Shown here: positions 49,234-63,035 of the stretch, piece after piece
Position numbering within the stretch: the stretch's first letter is position 1
Layout of the letters: each line of letters begins with the position of its first letter
Assembly (NCBI GenBank): GCA_052327205.1
Contig: CM126211.1
Location: forward strand, 16,678,001-16,742,000
Source of the DNA: Somniosus microcephalus
Taxonomy: Eukaryota
DNA length: 64,000 nt
Direction of reading: 5' to 3'
Notes under the pieces: generated by a model
What the model saw: only the letters and a program-made list of their open reading frames with translations
What the model was told of the DNA's origin: nothing
The model's database searches: none
Program-made: the position numbers and the translations under genes

Positions 49234-49939
49234 GGCCCTGAGTTTCCGATCGGAGGCTTCCTGCGGGCAGATGCTTCCGATCCCGGACCTCTCCCTTTGG
49301 AAATGCGCAGAGGCCCACTTATCCCAGGGGTGCAGGCGGTTCGCAAGCGCCCCTGGGATTACGTGGGCTAGCTCAACCAATGGAAGAAGTAATTCCCATT
49401 CATACTTTTGACAGGTCCGTACGCACGGAACTGTCAAAAGTATGAATGGGGATGACTGCAAAAATGCACCAACACACTGAAATAAATAAAGAAAAACCAT
49501 TACATATATAAAATTAATTAAAATGACATTTACTTAAATATGTTAAACAAAAATTCAATTTTTTGAATTATTTTTAAATATGTTTTAATGGGGCTTAATA
49601 TATTGGACAGGGTTTTTAATTTATAAGTGAGTGATAAAATCTTATTTTTCTATTTTTAAAAATTCTTATGCTGGTAAAAGCAGGCCTTACTCCTGCTTTT
49701 ACCAGGCGTAAGAATTCTATGGCCTTTCAGCGGGCGAATGTTGAGGAAATAGCGCAACTCTCCCCCGGCAGAGGCACTTCTCCCGGGCAGGCGGATGATC
49801 TGTCAAGAAAATTCCTGACAGACCGCAAGTTCCGGGTTTCAGCGCGTGCGCTTCGCCTGCCTAAACCCGGAATTTGTTCGGCCCCGTATGGGCGCGTGCG
49901 CATCTCGTACGCACCCGTGGGGGTCGGAAATCCGGGGCC
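49234..49939 (+). mobile_element. Family C Harbinger-like MITE
   Basis: TIRs ggccctgagtttccga / tcggaaatccggggcc; internal aaagcaggcc...cctgcttttaccaggcgt shared with 3603-3636. Confidence 0.7.
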
Positions 49940-49962
49940 ATCGACACAGTGGCAAGCATAAG

Positions 49963-50365
49963 ACTCCAGAGACTTGAACACAAAAATCTAGGCTGACACT
50001 CCAGTGCAGTACTGCGGGAGTGCTGCACTGTTGGAGGCGCCGTCTTTCGGATGAGACGTTAAACCGAGGCCACGTCTGCTCTCAGGTGGAGGTAACAGGT
50101 CCCATGGCACTATTTCGAAGAAGAACAGGGGAGTCATTCCCGGTGGCCAATATTTATCCCTCAATCAACGTAACAAAAACAGATTATCTGGTCATTATCA
50201 CATTGCTGTTTGTGGGAGCTTGCTGTGCGCAAATTGGCTGCTGCATTGTCCTACATTACAACAGTGACTACACGTCAAAAAAAGCACTTTCATTGGCTGT
50301 AAAGCGCTTTGGGATGTCCGGTGGTCGTGAAAGGCGCTGTGGAAATGCAAGTCTTTCTTTTATTC
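49963..50365 (+). mobile_element. DeuSINE lacking the tRNA head
   Basis: actccagagacttgaacac...Deu domain...aaatgcaagtctttc. Confidence 0.87.
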
Positions 50366-51218
50366 TTTCCTTAAGGGGTGGCAAAAATATATCTGAAAAT
50401 AGAAGTACCTAAAACAAAAACTAAGAACCATTAACTTTTCTAGATATAGAATTCACGGTGGTATAACTACACACAAAGCCACAGGTAAGAATTATACTTT
50501 GATCTTTTACAACAAATTTTAAAAACCGAACTGAAGTTGTTTAGCTTTAAGCACTCCTTCACCTCCGGCCTTTTTAACAATGAGAGGGAATATAACCGTT
50601 TCATGTGAGCACTTAGTCCAACACAGGATATGGTTACATAATTGAGTATTTGGTAGAGTCAGTTAGCACTGCACAAACTCTATCTGTCCAAATAAAATTC
50701 TAAATGTATACTGTAACACAAGCTTCCAATTCTCAGTGAATTAAACTGCATTTAAACACATTTTGTCATCCCACCCTCTCAACTAACACATTCCCTGTCA
50801 GTGCTACTCCATTAAGAGGTTTTATACTCTTTGTGTCCTGTCCTCTAGACTTCTAACATATTTTAGTTGTAGTCAGAGAAGTTGGGGGTTGGAAATTGGA
50901 AGATATCAAAGTACTGCAAAAATAAGCATGCCACCCAGGACAGCTCGTGAGTGGCACATCATGTCAGCAGACTGCCCTTCCAGCTCAGGAACCTGGGTTT
51001 AAAACTAGCCTAGACCTTGGGGTTAAATGATTTTCTTTCCTTTCTCTGATACCTACAAGAGCCCCCAGTTCCAAACTACCCCCAAATTGATGCAAATTGG
51101 CAATCACTCCAGAAAGAATGAAACATTTCCACATTGGGACTCTTCCTCTAAGGTTGGACTTGTTGAGAGTGTTGTTCTGAGGTTTGTGGTTGAGAAGAGG
51201 CAGCATTAATCTGTATTC

Positions 51219-51548
51219 AACAACAGCAATGACTTGCATTTATACAGCACCTTCTAACATAGAAAAACATCACGAGGCGCTTCACAGGAGCGTTATCGGA
51301 TTAAAATTTGACACCGAGTCACATAAGGAGATATTAGCACAGGTAACCAAATGATTGGTCAAAGAGGTAGGTTTTAAGGAGCGTCTTCAAGGAGGAGAGA
51401 GAGGTAGAGAGGCGGAGATGGATGGGAGGAAATTCTGGGGTTTAGGGCCTAGACAGCTGAAGGCACGGCCACCAATGGTGGGGCGAAGGAATTTGGGGAT
51501 GCACAAGAGGCCAGAATTGGAAGATTGCAGAATTCTCAGTGGGTTGTA
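51219..51548 (-). mobile_element. L2 3' end
   Basis: ggtcaaagaggtaggttttaaggagcgtctt; cagctgaaggcacggccaccaatggtg. Confidence 0.85.
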
Positions 51549-52117
51549 GGGCAGGTGCAGGTTTCTTCAACCGGTAACATTCACTCTGTTTCTCTCTCCA
51601 CAGAGGCTGCCAGACCTTCTGAGTGTTCCCAGCATTTTCTGTTTTTTTTTCAGATTTCCAGCATTGTCTGTATTGTTTTAAGGCACTATTCAGCTGTTCC
51701 AGATAAGAGAGAACAATGTACATAATGCATCGACTGTATATTATTATATATAGTTTAAAAAAAAAGCCCTCTGACAGTTTTTATTTTGCATTAAGGCAGC
51801 ATGTGGTCTTAAAGTTCTACTGCGCCACTCCAAGGCTCAGTGACGATTCTTACAGAAACAACAGAGGTGTAATTAATGATTGACCTTATACTCCTCCATG
51901 TCTGTTGAGAAACTGTGGGTTTCCATATATAATTACACAGGCTGAGATCAATCACAAAAGACTAAAGATACCTTCTGTGCAAAACAGGCCACACTCAAGA
52001 ATGGCCTACTGGCGGGAAGGACCCCTGGTGTGTCTGCCATATTGGAATGTGCACAGAGGAGCATTTTCCGCTACAGCCTGGAAACAAATCGCAAGATTTC
52101 ACAGATTGAAACATGTG

Positions 52118-52958
52118 GGGCTGGATTTTCAGTCAGCAGTCGGGAAGGAGGCGGGACTATAACTTTCGGGTTTTAGTCCCGCCTCCATCGACGTCCGGCC
52201 AATCCACGCGATTTTCCCTTAATTGACCTTGTTGAGCCGCCCAGCGGGCTCAGCAGGCCAATTAAGGGCCACCCAGCAACAGGTGACGTCACAGACTAAA
52301 ATTTCATCTGTCAAGAGGTGTTGACAGATGAAATATCAGTGTTTCACAGCTGTTTGAAGCTGTCAAACACTGACAGTCTGACTTCTAACCTGAGTCCTTC
52401 TACGCAGACTCAGTTAGAACTCTCACCATCACTGAAAGTTGAAGGCTGTCACTTTTGACAGATCGCAGCCATTCAGCTTTCAGTGCCGGCTGAGTGATGG
52501 ACTCCCGACGCCTAGAGGAAGAAAGGCTGTTAAGGTAAGTACAGGTAATTTAAACTTCTTTACACGCTTTAGACACACCAAACACACTTACTTTTGCACT
52601 CATGCACCCATCACTCACCTGAACACTGACATCGCGACCCCTCCAAGTCCTTCAACCCGACGGCCCGCCTGCTCTAACCTGGCATGGTTTGGAGCAGTCG
52701 GGAATCCCACACGACACCCCTCAAAATAGGGATTAGGCTAAAAACTGCCTGTTAACTACCTGTTAACAGGCAGTTAATTGGCACTAATCCCTTCCCGCCT
52801 CGGGTCGGCGGGTCCCAGTGCGGGGCAGGTGCCCGCCTCCTTTGAAACTTACGTGGAGGCGGGTTTTGGGCGGGATGGTGTCGGGATCCCCGAATTCGGG
52901 ATTTTTGCCCCCCCGCACGCCTAAAAGCCCGCCTCACGGCACACTGAAAATCTGGTCC
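52118..52958 (+). mobile_element. Family A MITE
   Basis: gggctggattttcag / ctgaaaatctggtcc termini, GTG TSD; collinear with 24960-25795. Confidence 0.87.
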
Positions 52959-53118
52959 GTGATGTTCCTGAAATCTCAATTTACATGTAGCTGAAAATGC
53001 AATGCATTCCACCTCCTCTCACACAGTTTTCACTCATAGTGTGAAGGCCGCGTTACGGACTGCCACTGAGCACAGCAGCTGAGCCGGTTGAACAATTGCC
53101 CACCAAAAAAATCACTTT

Positions 53119-53859
53119 GGGCCAGAATGTCACTGTCAGAATAAAGCTACTGGCGCTCGTCGTTATTCATGCGTAAATGGTAGAGCAACTTCAGGCGAGG
53201 GGCAGATGGGCGCGTAAACGCAGAAACCCAAAAGCTGCTGTCCAAGATGCGCCACTCCGCCGTTAGCTTCACCTCTCGCCGTCTGCCTCACCGTTGAACT
53301 GAATTGAACGGCGTGAAGTTGCTGTATTTGCGCGGTGGATACGAACTAAACCCGCCACAGATATTTAGGGCTAGTGATTAGTAGAATAATTATTAGAATA
53401 AGTATCCTTTTAATGACATGATCAGTATTATTGACTGCCAAATCAATCTCACTTTCAGCAAAATATTTAATGTTGTATGTGTGAAGTCTCATTCCATCAG
53501 ATTTAGAATTTTTTGATGAGATTTTTAAAATTTAAAATTTTCCTCTCTCCTAATCCAATCTTTCTTGCCCTCTGTTTATTTCTCTTTCTGTACCTGATTT
53601 GACAGTGAATTCACCCACTTTAATTTACACTTCCTTCTCAGTCCTTGCACTGTTTAGTTCCCAATCCTTCAATCTGATTGCTTATGGAGATACCCTGTTG
53701 GATAGCCCTGTTCATTCAGTTTCCAGATGCCCTGTTGCCCTCGCTGCGCTGTGATCAGCTCGCACGTTAAGCAACTCTTTGAGCAAAGCTGTTTTGCGCT
53801 GAAGGGTGCAAGAACAAGGCAGATGCTGTTCGATGTCCTGCTACAGCAAAATCAGGCCC
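53119..53859 (+). mobile_element. Family D Harbinger-like MITE
   Basis: gggccagaatgtcactg ... cagcaaaatcaggccc termini; similar to 3924-4800. Confidence 0.55.
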
Positions 53860-54586
53860 AGTGTATTTTAGCAATACTTTAAAAAAGCTGACGGGTCACC
53901 ATCTTCGTGGAAAGAGTTGAGCGAATGCACTACTTGGAAGGGTGCTGGAAGTAGGTTAAATCGTATCTTTCAAAAGCCAATTGGATCTCTACTTAAAAAG
54001 AAAACATTTGCAGGGCTACGGGGAAAGAGCAGGGAAGTGGGACTAATTGGAGAGCTCTTTCAAAGGCGCGATGGGCCGAGTGGCTTCCTTCTGTGCTGTA
54101 CGATTCTATGATCCTATGAATCCAAGTGCCTCACCATTTGTTGACAAACACACAACACACAGTGGTGTCGGTCCGGTCAAAATGTGTCACTTGTGCGTGA
54201 AATCATCACAATGAAAATTGTGCACACCTCTCTCATCTCTTCTCCAACCCCAAATAATGTAAAGTTTGGCAAACAATTAATTTTCACAAAGACAGTGCCT
54301 CTTTAAGTCCTAGGTTTTGCCATACCCTCTCTATTCACTGTAAATTGTAAGGAGTGGGTCACCAGCCCTTATAATCAATAAAATGAGATAATTATCAGAG
54401 AACCTTGCACTGTGTTAAACACACTATGTACATCATTTGGGGTACAATATTTATTCTGCTCGCTACTGTGACCACTGCAACCTAGCAACCCTAGCAACAA
54501 CAGAACCGTAACCCAACCGCCCCCACCATCCCCCGCACCCCCCCCCCAACCCCGAACCTTTTGCTGTCCAATGACACAGCCTCTTG

Positions 54587-55060
54587 GGTCAGCTGTGGCT
54601 CAGTGGGCAGCTCCCTCACCTCTGAGTCAGAAGGTTGTGGGTTCAAGTCCCACTCCAGGGACTTGAGCACATAAAATCTAGGCTGCCACTCCCAGTGCAG
54701 TGCTGAGGGAGTGCTGCACTGTTGAAGGTGCCGTCTTTCGGATGAGATGTTAAACCGAGGCCCCGCCTGCTCTCTCTCAGGTGGATGTAAAAGATCCCAC
54801 GGCCCTATTTCGAAGACGAGCAGGGGAGTTCTCCCCGGTGTCCTGGGGCCAATATTTCTCCCTCAACCAACACAACAAAAACAGATTATCTGGGCATTTT
54901 CACATTGCTGTTTGTGGGAGCTTGCTGTGCGCACATTGGCTGCCGCGTTTCCCACATTACAACAGTGACTCCACTTCAAAAGTACTTCATTGGCTGTAAA
55001 GCGCTTTGACACGTCCGGTGGTTGTGAAAGGCGCTATATAAATGCAAGTCTTTCTTCCTT
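54587..55060 (+). mobile_element. Full-length DeuSINE
   Basis: tggctcagtgg A box, gttcaagtcc B box, Deu domain and tail. Confidence 0.9.
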
Positions 55061-55612
55061 GTGTTTTGACCCGTCACTGACTCCAAACTGACGTTATTGT
55101 ACTTTGATACTAGTCTTGCTTTACGCAACGCTTGCTACTGCTATGCATTGTAGTATCACATTTCAACTGCGAAATCGACGCAACGTTTAAATAATATTTT
55201 TCTACTATTAAGTTTCTGCAGATTTAAAATTGTTTACCAACCCTTGTTGCATTTGGGGGTTGGGAAAAAAGGCCAAAAAGGGGTTTGTGCGATTTTCACC
55301 ATGGTGATTTCACGCACAAGTGCCACAGTACACGTTTTGACTTGACTGACACCACAGTTAGAAGGTTCTGACAAATGGACGTTCCATATTAAGATTCAAG
55401 ATACTTTATTTTTGAAAATGTAGCTTTCTGATTCACTAATCCTAGGGCTCCACTATGACAAGTGGATCAATTTTGAAGCTATTCCTTCCACGCTTCATTA
55501 GCTACCGCTGTCCCATATATCGCAACAAGATATTCAGCAAATCAGCCATTTTCGCGATCACACACAAGCATAAAAATTGCTTTTGAAAAACAGCACATGA
55601 AAGAAAGTGTAA

Positions 55613-56293
55613 GGGGGGAAAATTGAGTCGCGCCCCCTTTGGGGCGCTAACTTTGCAAGTAGCGCCCCGAAAAAATTAGCCCCCCCCCACCGCCGTGGCC
55701 AAAATTCATTGGTAGCACCCCAAGAGGGATGCGGGGTGCGACTGGAAGTGCCCCGCCTCCCTCTTGGGGCTCTGCGAGTGAATTTCGCGGCGCTGCGGCA
55801 CATCGCGCCGCGGTACTGCAGGCCTTCCGCCCCTTCTTAAAGGAGAGGGGCCTTGCGCAGTGTGATCCGGGGACCAACTGGGCCACCAGGGATCGGAGTG
55901 CCGGCAGAAGAGCGCAGCCGGCACTCGGGGGAGGGGGGGGTGTGCTTCAGAGGAGGCCAGGGACGGCAGAGGGGGCAGGTGCTGGCAGGTGGCCAGCAAC
56001 AAAAATGGCCGCCTGGCACCTTCCCTTTAAATAGCGCTGCCCCGGCCGTAGGTAGGCCCCACTGACCCGGTCGGACCTAGCGTCCGGCAGTAAGTCGGGG
56101 GGCGCTATCGAAGATCGGGCCGGGGTGCGAGCGGGGCGCTGCGCACGGCGATGACGTAATTGCCTGTGGCGCAGCGCCGCGGGGCGCTAACGGTTACCGC
56201 CGTCACTAACCTCCCGTTGAATTTCACGGGAGGTGTTAGCGGCGCAGCGCCCGGGTGCTAACGGGAGGTGCAAAGCAACCGAACTTTTAGGCC
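55613..56293. mobile_element. Family B MITE with the canonical Harbinger TAA TSD
   Basis: taa|ggggggaaaattgag ... gaacttttaggcc|taa. Confidence 0.8.
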
Positions 56294-57271
56294 TAAGTGT
56301 TTACAAATGTTCAAAGAAACTCTGTCCAGGTTGCAACGTCATGAGTTTCAGGCTACCATGGATGGATTCCTGTTTATATGACTATCAGATCTTCAAGCTA
56401 GTTGCACAATATCATTGTATCTATCGTAAAACTTCAGTAGCTCATGACTATCCCCACTATCGATAAATAACAAGGTATTTGTCCAATTTTGCTGATGTCT
56501 ACGCTGATACGTGAGCAACCTGGACACAGGTATTATCCTCTGTGCGTTATTTTTAAAGAATGCACAAATGCAGTTAGAAATAGTGCCTTTACAGGTTTGT
56601 TAAAACTAACACACAGAGGAAAATATCGATGCGAGTTTGGGTTTACTAAAATGTGCTAAATGCAACCTGCTGATGGCTCTGCTTGACAATGATGACAACA
56701 GCTCCCCCTATTGGAGACAGCCAGAGAAACCACCATCGTCCAAACATCGGAACGGGAGGAGGCCATTCAGCCCGTCGAGCCTGTCCCGCCATTCAGTTAC
56801 ATCATGGCTGATCTGTATCTTAACTCCATTTACCCGTCTTGGTTCTGTAACCCTTGATACATGTACCGAACAAAATTCTCAGTTGGTCTATCAATCAAAT
56901 GCACTTGAATATTCCCACGCAGATATGTTAGAAATACAGGCTAGAAGTGACTGTTGGTGATGTTATTCAAACACTTAACACTCTCGTCAACCCTCCAGGA
57001 TTGTCTTGGCGTATCCAGGACTTAAAAGATTAATCTCTAGCACACTGCTACAAGCAAATCCAGGGGAGAAAAAATACTTGGGGTATTTAAAAAAACAGGG
57101 GGGAAAAATTGGGTTGCTTTGCGCCTCCCGTTAGTGCCTGGGCGTGGCGCCGTTAATGCCTGCCACGAAATTCAGCGGGAGGCTAGCGGCGGCGGTAACC
57201 GGTAGCGATGAAGTCATCGCCGTGCGCCACGTCCCTTGGTGTTTTATTTTCCCATTGTCCTTGAACGCTTT

Positions 57272-58111
57272 GGCCTAGATTTTCAGTGTGCTGTGAGGCG
57301 GGCTTTTAGGCGTGCAGGGGGCTAAAATCCTGAATTCGGGGGTCCCGACACCATCCCGCCCAAAACCCGCCTCCATGTAAGTTTCAAAGGAGGCAGGTAC
57401 CCGCCCTGCACTGGGACCCGCCGACCCGAGGCGGGAAGGGATTAGTGCCAATTAACTGCCTGTTAACAGGTAGTTAACAGGCAGTTTTTAGCCTAATCCC
57501 TATTTTGAGGGGTGCCATGTGGGATTCCCGACGGCTCCAAACCACGCCAGGTTAGAGCAGGCGGGCCGTCGGGTTGAAGGACTTGGAGGGGTCGTGATGT
57601 CGGTGTTCAGGTGAGTGATGGGTGCATGAGTGCAAAGGTAAGTGTGTTTGGTGTGTCTAAAGTGTGTAAAGAAGTTTAAATTACCTGTACTTACCTTAAC
57701 AGCCTTTCTTCCTCTAGGTTTCGGGAGTCCGTCACTCAGCCGGCACTGAAAGCAGAATGGCCGTGAGCTGTCAAAAGTGACAGCCTGCAGCTTTCAGTGC
57801 CGGTGAGAGTTCTAACTGAGCCTGCGTAGAAGGACTCAGGTTAGAAGTCAGACTGTCAGTGTTTGACAGCTTCAAACAGCTGTGAAACACTGATATTTCA
57901 TCTGTCAACACGTCTTGACAGATGAAATTTCAGACTGTGATGTCACCTGTTGCCGGGTGGCCCTTAATTGGCCTGCTGAGCCCGCTGGGCGGGCTCAACA
58001 AGGTCAATCAAGTGAAAATCGCGTGGATTGGCTGGATGTCGATGGAGGCGGGACTAAAACTCGAAAGTTGTAGTCCCGCCTCCTTCCCGACAGCTTAATG
58101 AAAATTGACCC
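57272..58111 (-). mobile_element. Family A MITE (inverted)
   Basis: Close reverse complement of 52118-52958; no matching TSD (ttt/cag). Confidence 0.87.
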
Positions 58112-58119
58112 CAGTGGGT

Positions 58120-58438
58120 TAAGAACATAGGAACAGGAGGAGGCCATTCAGCCCCTTGAGCCTGTTCCACCATTCAATTAGATCATGGCTGATCTGTATC
58201 TTAACTCCATCTACCCGCCGTGGTTCCTTAAGCTTTAAGACACTTACCTAACAAAAACCTGTCAATCTCAGTTTTGAAATTTTCAGTTGACCCCCCCCCC
58301 CCCCAGCCTCAACAGCTTTTTGGGGGAGAGAGTTCCAGATTTCCACTAGCCTTTGTGTGAAGAAGTGCTTCCTGACATCACCCCTGAACGGCCTAGCTCT
58401 AGTTTTAAGGTTATGCCCTCTTGTTTTGGACTCCCCTA
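58120..58438 (-). mobile_element. CR1 3' tail (same subfamily as 1316-1950)
   Basis: aagaacataggaacaggaggaggccattcagcccc...aatctcagttttgaaattttca. Confidence 0.85.
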
Positions 58439-59136
58439 ACTCTGTTAAAATAGAGGAGATGGGAATTAGATCTCAGTACGTTAGGCATTTGTATGATGAC
58501 ATTGCTGACGGTCACTCCTTCGCTAATGAGGTGAGAGTATATCAATGAATCAGTCATTTGTCCCAGCCTGTTAAAATGCTCGTGCCACAAAGCTCTGTTC
58601 ATAGTGCATGATGAGCATACATAGTGCCAGTAACATTGATATTTGCCAGTGACACATAGATGCACAATTTATGACATTGGTAACATCACCATGTGATGTC
58701 CAACATTGTCAATCAAACACCTGCCAACTTGTTGATTGTAAAATACAAATGTGTTTCGATTTTTATTTAAATTATTCAAAAAATATATACATGAACAGAT
58801 TTGATAGTTTGATCTATATATGAACGTTTTCATGTGAACATCTCTTGACATTCAAGCCAACACGATTCGTTAAAAAAAACACTGCATACTTGTTTCCAAC
58901 AGTGATTTTACAAAGTTCAAGCTTGGTGCTATAAACTCAAATTACTATTGAAATACTTTGAACTATTCTAAGATGTTTGTTTTCCATGAAGAGCCAGGAA
59001 TTTATTTCTAGGTGCTGTATGTGATAAGGTTCTGCAGGAAGTGTAAGGAAGGAGGCTCCAGTTTGGGTCCCTCTGACACCTTCTCCACAGAAGAACTGTG
59101 CACTCAGCTTGTGATAAAATGACCTGTTGAGTTATT

Positions 59137-59951
59137 GGGCAGGATTTTCATTGGGCCGTGGAGGCGGGATTAGAGGCGTGTGGGGGGGTTAAAACCGAAA
59201 TCGGGGGGCACGAACCCATCCCGCCTCCATGCCAGTTTCAAAGGAGGCGGGTACCCGACCTGAGCTGGGAGCCGCCTCCCCGAAGCGGGAAGGGGATTAG
59301 TGCCAATTAACTGCCTGCTAACAGGTAGTTAACAGGCAGTTTTTAGCCTAATCCCTATTTTTATTCCTGAAGTGTGGGATTCCCGACGGCTCCAAACCAT
59401 GCCAAGTTAGCGAGGCGGACCGTCGGGCTGAAGGGCTTGAGGGTTCGAGATGTCAGTGTTCAGGTGAGTGATGGGTGCATGAGTGCAGAGGTAAGTGTGT
59501 TTGGTGTGTGTAAAGTGTTTACCTTTTCTTACCTTTACAGCCTTCCTTCCTTCAGGTCTCGGAAGTCCCTCATCTCACCGGCACAGAAAGCAGAATGGCC
59601 ACGAGCTGTCAAAAGTTGCAGCATTCAGCTTTCTGTTCCGGAGAGATCTCTAAATCAGCCCGAGAGGAAGGAATTAACCTGGAGTACAGACTGTCAGTGT
59701 TTGACCGCTTCAAAGAGCTGTCAAACGCTGATATTTCATCTGTCAAAAGCTCTTGACAGATGAAATGTCAATCTGTGATGTCACCTGTTGCCGGGTGGCC
59801 CTTAATTGGCCTGCTGAGCCCACTGGCTAGGTTCAACAAGCTCAATCAACTGAAAATCACGTGGGTTGGCCACAACTCGATGGAGGCGGGACTACAACCC
59901 CGAAAGTTGTAGTCCCGCCTCATACACGCCTCCAGTATCAAAATCCAGCCC
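59137..59951 (-). mobile_element. Family A MITE (inverted)
   Basis: att|gggcaggattttcattg ... aaaatccagccc|att; closest to 24960-25795. Confidence 0.88.
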
Positions 59952-60942
59952 ATTGTGTCCAACGCCCAAAGGACAATCAAGCAAATAAGGAAAAAGATTA
60001 CTAGCCTCAGGAAATCCTTCATGGCAAGGCCTGCCAGTTTTTCTATCTACCAAATAGAGGGGCAAAACATACCTGACAAAAAAGACTTCTTCTCAACCTG
60101 TTACACCATGACTGAGGCTGTATGCTGATCTGTCAGACAAAGACAGTTCTTTCAAAGCCGTACCTGCATGCCCATTGGAACTACTGGAAAGGTGAGCCCA
60201 CAAAAGCATTACAGCATAACTTAACTGGACGATGCCTTTTCATTCAGCGGTGATGCAGGGTGGACAATTTGGTCTCACTCTACATTGTCTTTAAGCTTCC
60301 AACGTCTCAGCACAACTTCTGTCCTTGCAGGACAAGGTGGCGCAAAAACAAATGGGGACAAACGTCAATGAGGAAAGGCCCCCGTGATATTAAAGCCTTA
60401 GGTTCCTTTCAGGCAGTGCTGGACATCCTGGGACCAGAATATTGAGGGAGCGAAACAGAATGCAGCCAGAATCCTCCCCAAAGCCAAGGGTTAGCACCAT
60501 CCTTTTACACTTATCCTTACTCTATTCACTCACAAGCATGAAATCCAGCATATCATCAAGACACACATTTGAGGTACGCAATCATTGTGTGAAGGGATGT
60601 CTTACAGCTAGCATTCTTCCATATATTCCTCTTCTCGTTCAATAAGTGACCCCCCCCCCCCCCCCCACCGCCCCGCCAAGAATCAGCCCTCCCTGCCCGA
60701 AACGGCCAGTAACCCAGCACCTTCTGTGAAGCACGCCACTGGTAGGATTCACCAGCACAGGTACTTATATTTAAATAGTGAGTGTGAGGAAAGTGGACTG
60801 AGTGACTCACAAAGCACAAGTGACCAGATGCGTGTGATGGTGGCAGAGAAGATGCAGCAGCCTGCTGCTCAGAAGTCCAGCTCAAGTCCTCCTTGATTTT
60901 TCCAATCATCCTTGCTGGTGTGACAGCGGCAACAGAGGGTTC

Positions 60943-61425
60943 AACAACAGCAACTTGCATTTACATAGCGCCTTTAGCATAGTAAAACGTCCCAAGGTGC
61001 TTCAAGGGAGCGTTATCAAACAAAATTTGACACTGAGCCACAAAAGGAGATACTAGGACAGATGACCAAAAGCTTGGTCAAAGAGGTAGGTTTTAAAGAG
61101 CGTCTTAAAGGAGGAGAGAGGTAGAGAGGCAGAGAGGCTTAGGGAGGGAATTCCAGAGCTTAGGGCCCAGGCAGCTGAAAGCAGGGCCGCCAATGGTGGA
61201 GTGATTAAAATTGGGGATGCGCAAGAGGCCAGAATTGGATGTGCGCAGAGATCCCAGAGGGTTACAGAGATAGGGAGGGGTGAGGCCATGGAGGGATTTG
61301 AGAACAAGAATGAAAATTTAAAAACTTTTGCGTTGCCAGAGCAGGAGGCACTGTAGGTGTGCGAGCCCAGGGGTGATGGGTGAACGGGACATGATGCGAA
61401 TTAGGATACGGGCAGCAGAGTTTTG
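60943..61425 (-). mobile_element. L2 3' end
   Basis: FKTLFKTYLFDQAF peptide; caacttgcatttacatagcgcc tail. Confidence 0.88.
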
Positions 61426-61867
61426 GGTAAGCGCAATTGGTTCCACTATGTCATGATCGCTTATCTGAAGTACAGTCTACCATGGAGTGTGAGGCAACTT
61501 CTGGGGCATTTGTACCTCTGTGCACTGAAGCTCCTCCACAATAGAGGTCCCACGCAGAATGGGAGAACCTCCACTGAATGCTTATCTTACTGTCACAGAG
61601 GTCTTGGACTCTAGTCTCCAGGAGGCTCTTCTGTCTGGCTTTTAACATGATGGATGGTCGGATGGAGGGAGCCATTTCGCTCTCCTCAGTGTTGGTTGGA
61701 CATCTGCCTCTACACAGATTACTGGACATGTTGAGGTAAGGCTGAGCAGCAGGAGCACAACAACAACAACAACTTGCTTTAGTATAGTGCCTTTAATGTA
61801 GGAAACCATCCCATGGTGTGTCACAGGTAGGTAATCAGACATAAATTAACACCGAGTCAAAGAAGGA

Positions 61868-62028
61868 GATATATTTCTTAAGGCTAAAGGGATCAAGGGA
61901 TATGGGGAGAAAGCAGGGACAGGGTACCGAGTTTGGATGATCAGCCATGATCTCATTGAATGGCGGAGCAGGCTCGAGGGGCCGAATGGCCTACTCCTGC
62001 TCCTATCTTCTATGTTTCTATGTTTCTA
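61868..62028 (+). mobile_element. CR1 3' tail abutting an L2 tail (61757-61867, minus strand)
   Basis: gggatcaagggatatggggagaaagcagggacagggtac...(tatgtttc)n. Confidence 0.85.
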
Positions 62029-62525
62029 TATTGGGAAGCGGGTATAAATGAGGCTGCTGTGTGTCTGGACCATCTAGCACCCTCTCAACCCCCATTCAAA
62101 TAACAGTGGATGTGCAAAGAAGAAGCCAAGGAAATCATAAGCTGCTATCAGGCTATTTCATGACCTCTGCATTATAAATATCAGTTTATAATTTAAACCT
62201 GTAGTTTAAGTACTTAGGCACAAACAAGGGATCTCATTACCATGTCAGATTGCATTATATATTAGAAAATGTGTACTATAAATAAATAATTTTCAAAGGA
62301 ACACATTCTATTACAGATCTACAAATCTAGCTAATCTCTCTCACAGAGCAATAGTGCAGTTGAATGCATTAATTAAGCAGAGTCAAAATACAAATACACA
62401 CCAGGTAAAATATTAGGAAATGAAATGATCATCACACTACCAGACAGATGCTTATGTGACTTGAAGAATCAAAGAATTAACTGGAGCTCAAAGGGCCCCT
62501 GGAGTTCCATCAAGAGTTCCTCTTT

Positions 62526-63035
62526 ACAACAACAACAACTTGCATTTACATAGCACCTTTAACGTAGTAAAACGTCCCAAGGCGCTCCACAGGAGCGCTA
62601 ACAGACAAAATTTGACACCGAGCCACATAAAGAGGTATTCAGCACAGGTGACCAAAAGCTTGGTCGAAGAGGTAGTTTTAAGGGGTGTCTTAAAGGAGGA
62701 GAGAGAGGTAGAGAAGGGGAGATGTGTCAGGAGGCAATTCCAGAGCTTAGAGCCGAGGCAACTGAAAGCACGGCCACCAATGGTGGAGCGATGAAAGTCG
62801 AGGATGCTCAAGAGGTCAGCGTGGGAGGAAGTCAGAGATCTTGGAGGTTTGTGGAGCTGGAGGAGGTTACAGAGGTAGGGAGGGGTGAGGCCATAGAAGG
62901 ATTTGAACACGAGGATGAGAATTTTAAATTCAATGCATTGCTGGACCGGGAGCCAATGTAGGTCAGCGAGCGCAGTGGTGATGGGCGAACAGGACTTGGT
63001 ACAAGTTAGGATGCGGGCAGCAGAGCTTTGGATGA
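62526..63035 (-). mobile_element. L2 3' end
   Basis: FKSFYGLTPPYLCNLL...GGRAFSCLGSKLWN. Confidence 0.88.

Noticed and set aside
57099-58111. Composite transposon from a family B left end to the family A right end, flanked by cag/cag
   Set aside because: A 3-bp match is easily chance, and 57236-57271 looks like unrelated flanking sequence. Independent insertions are the simpler explanation.
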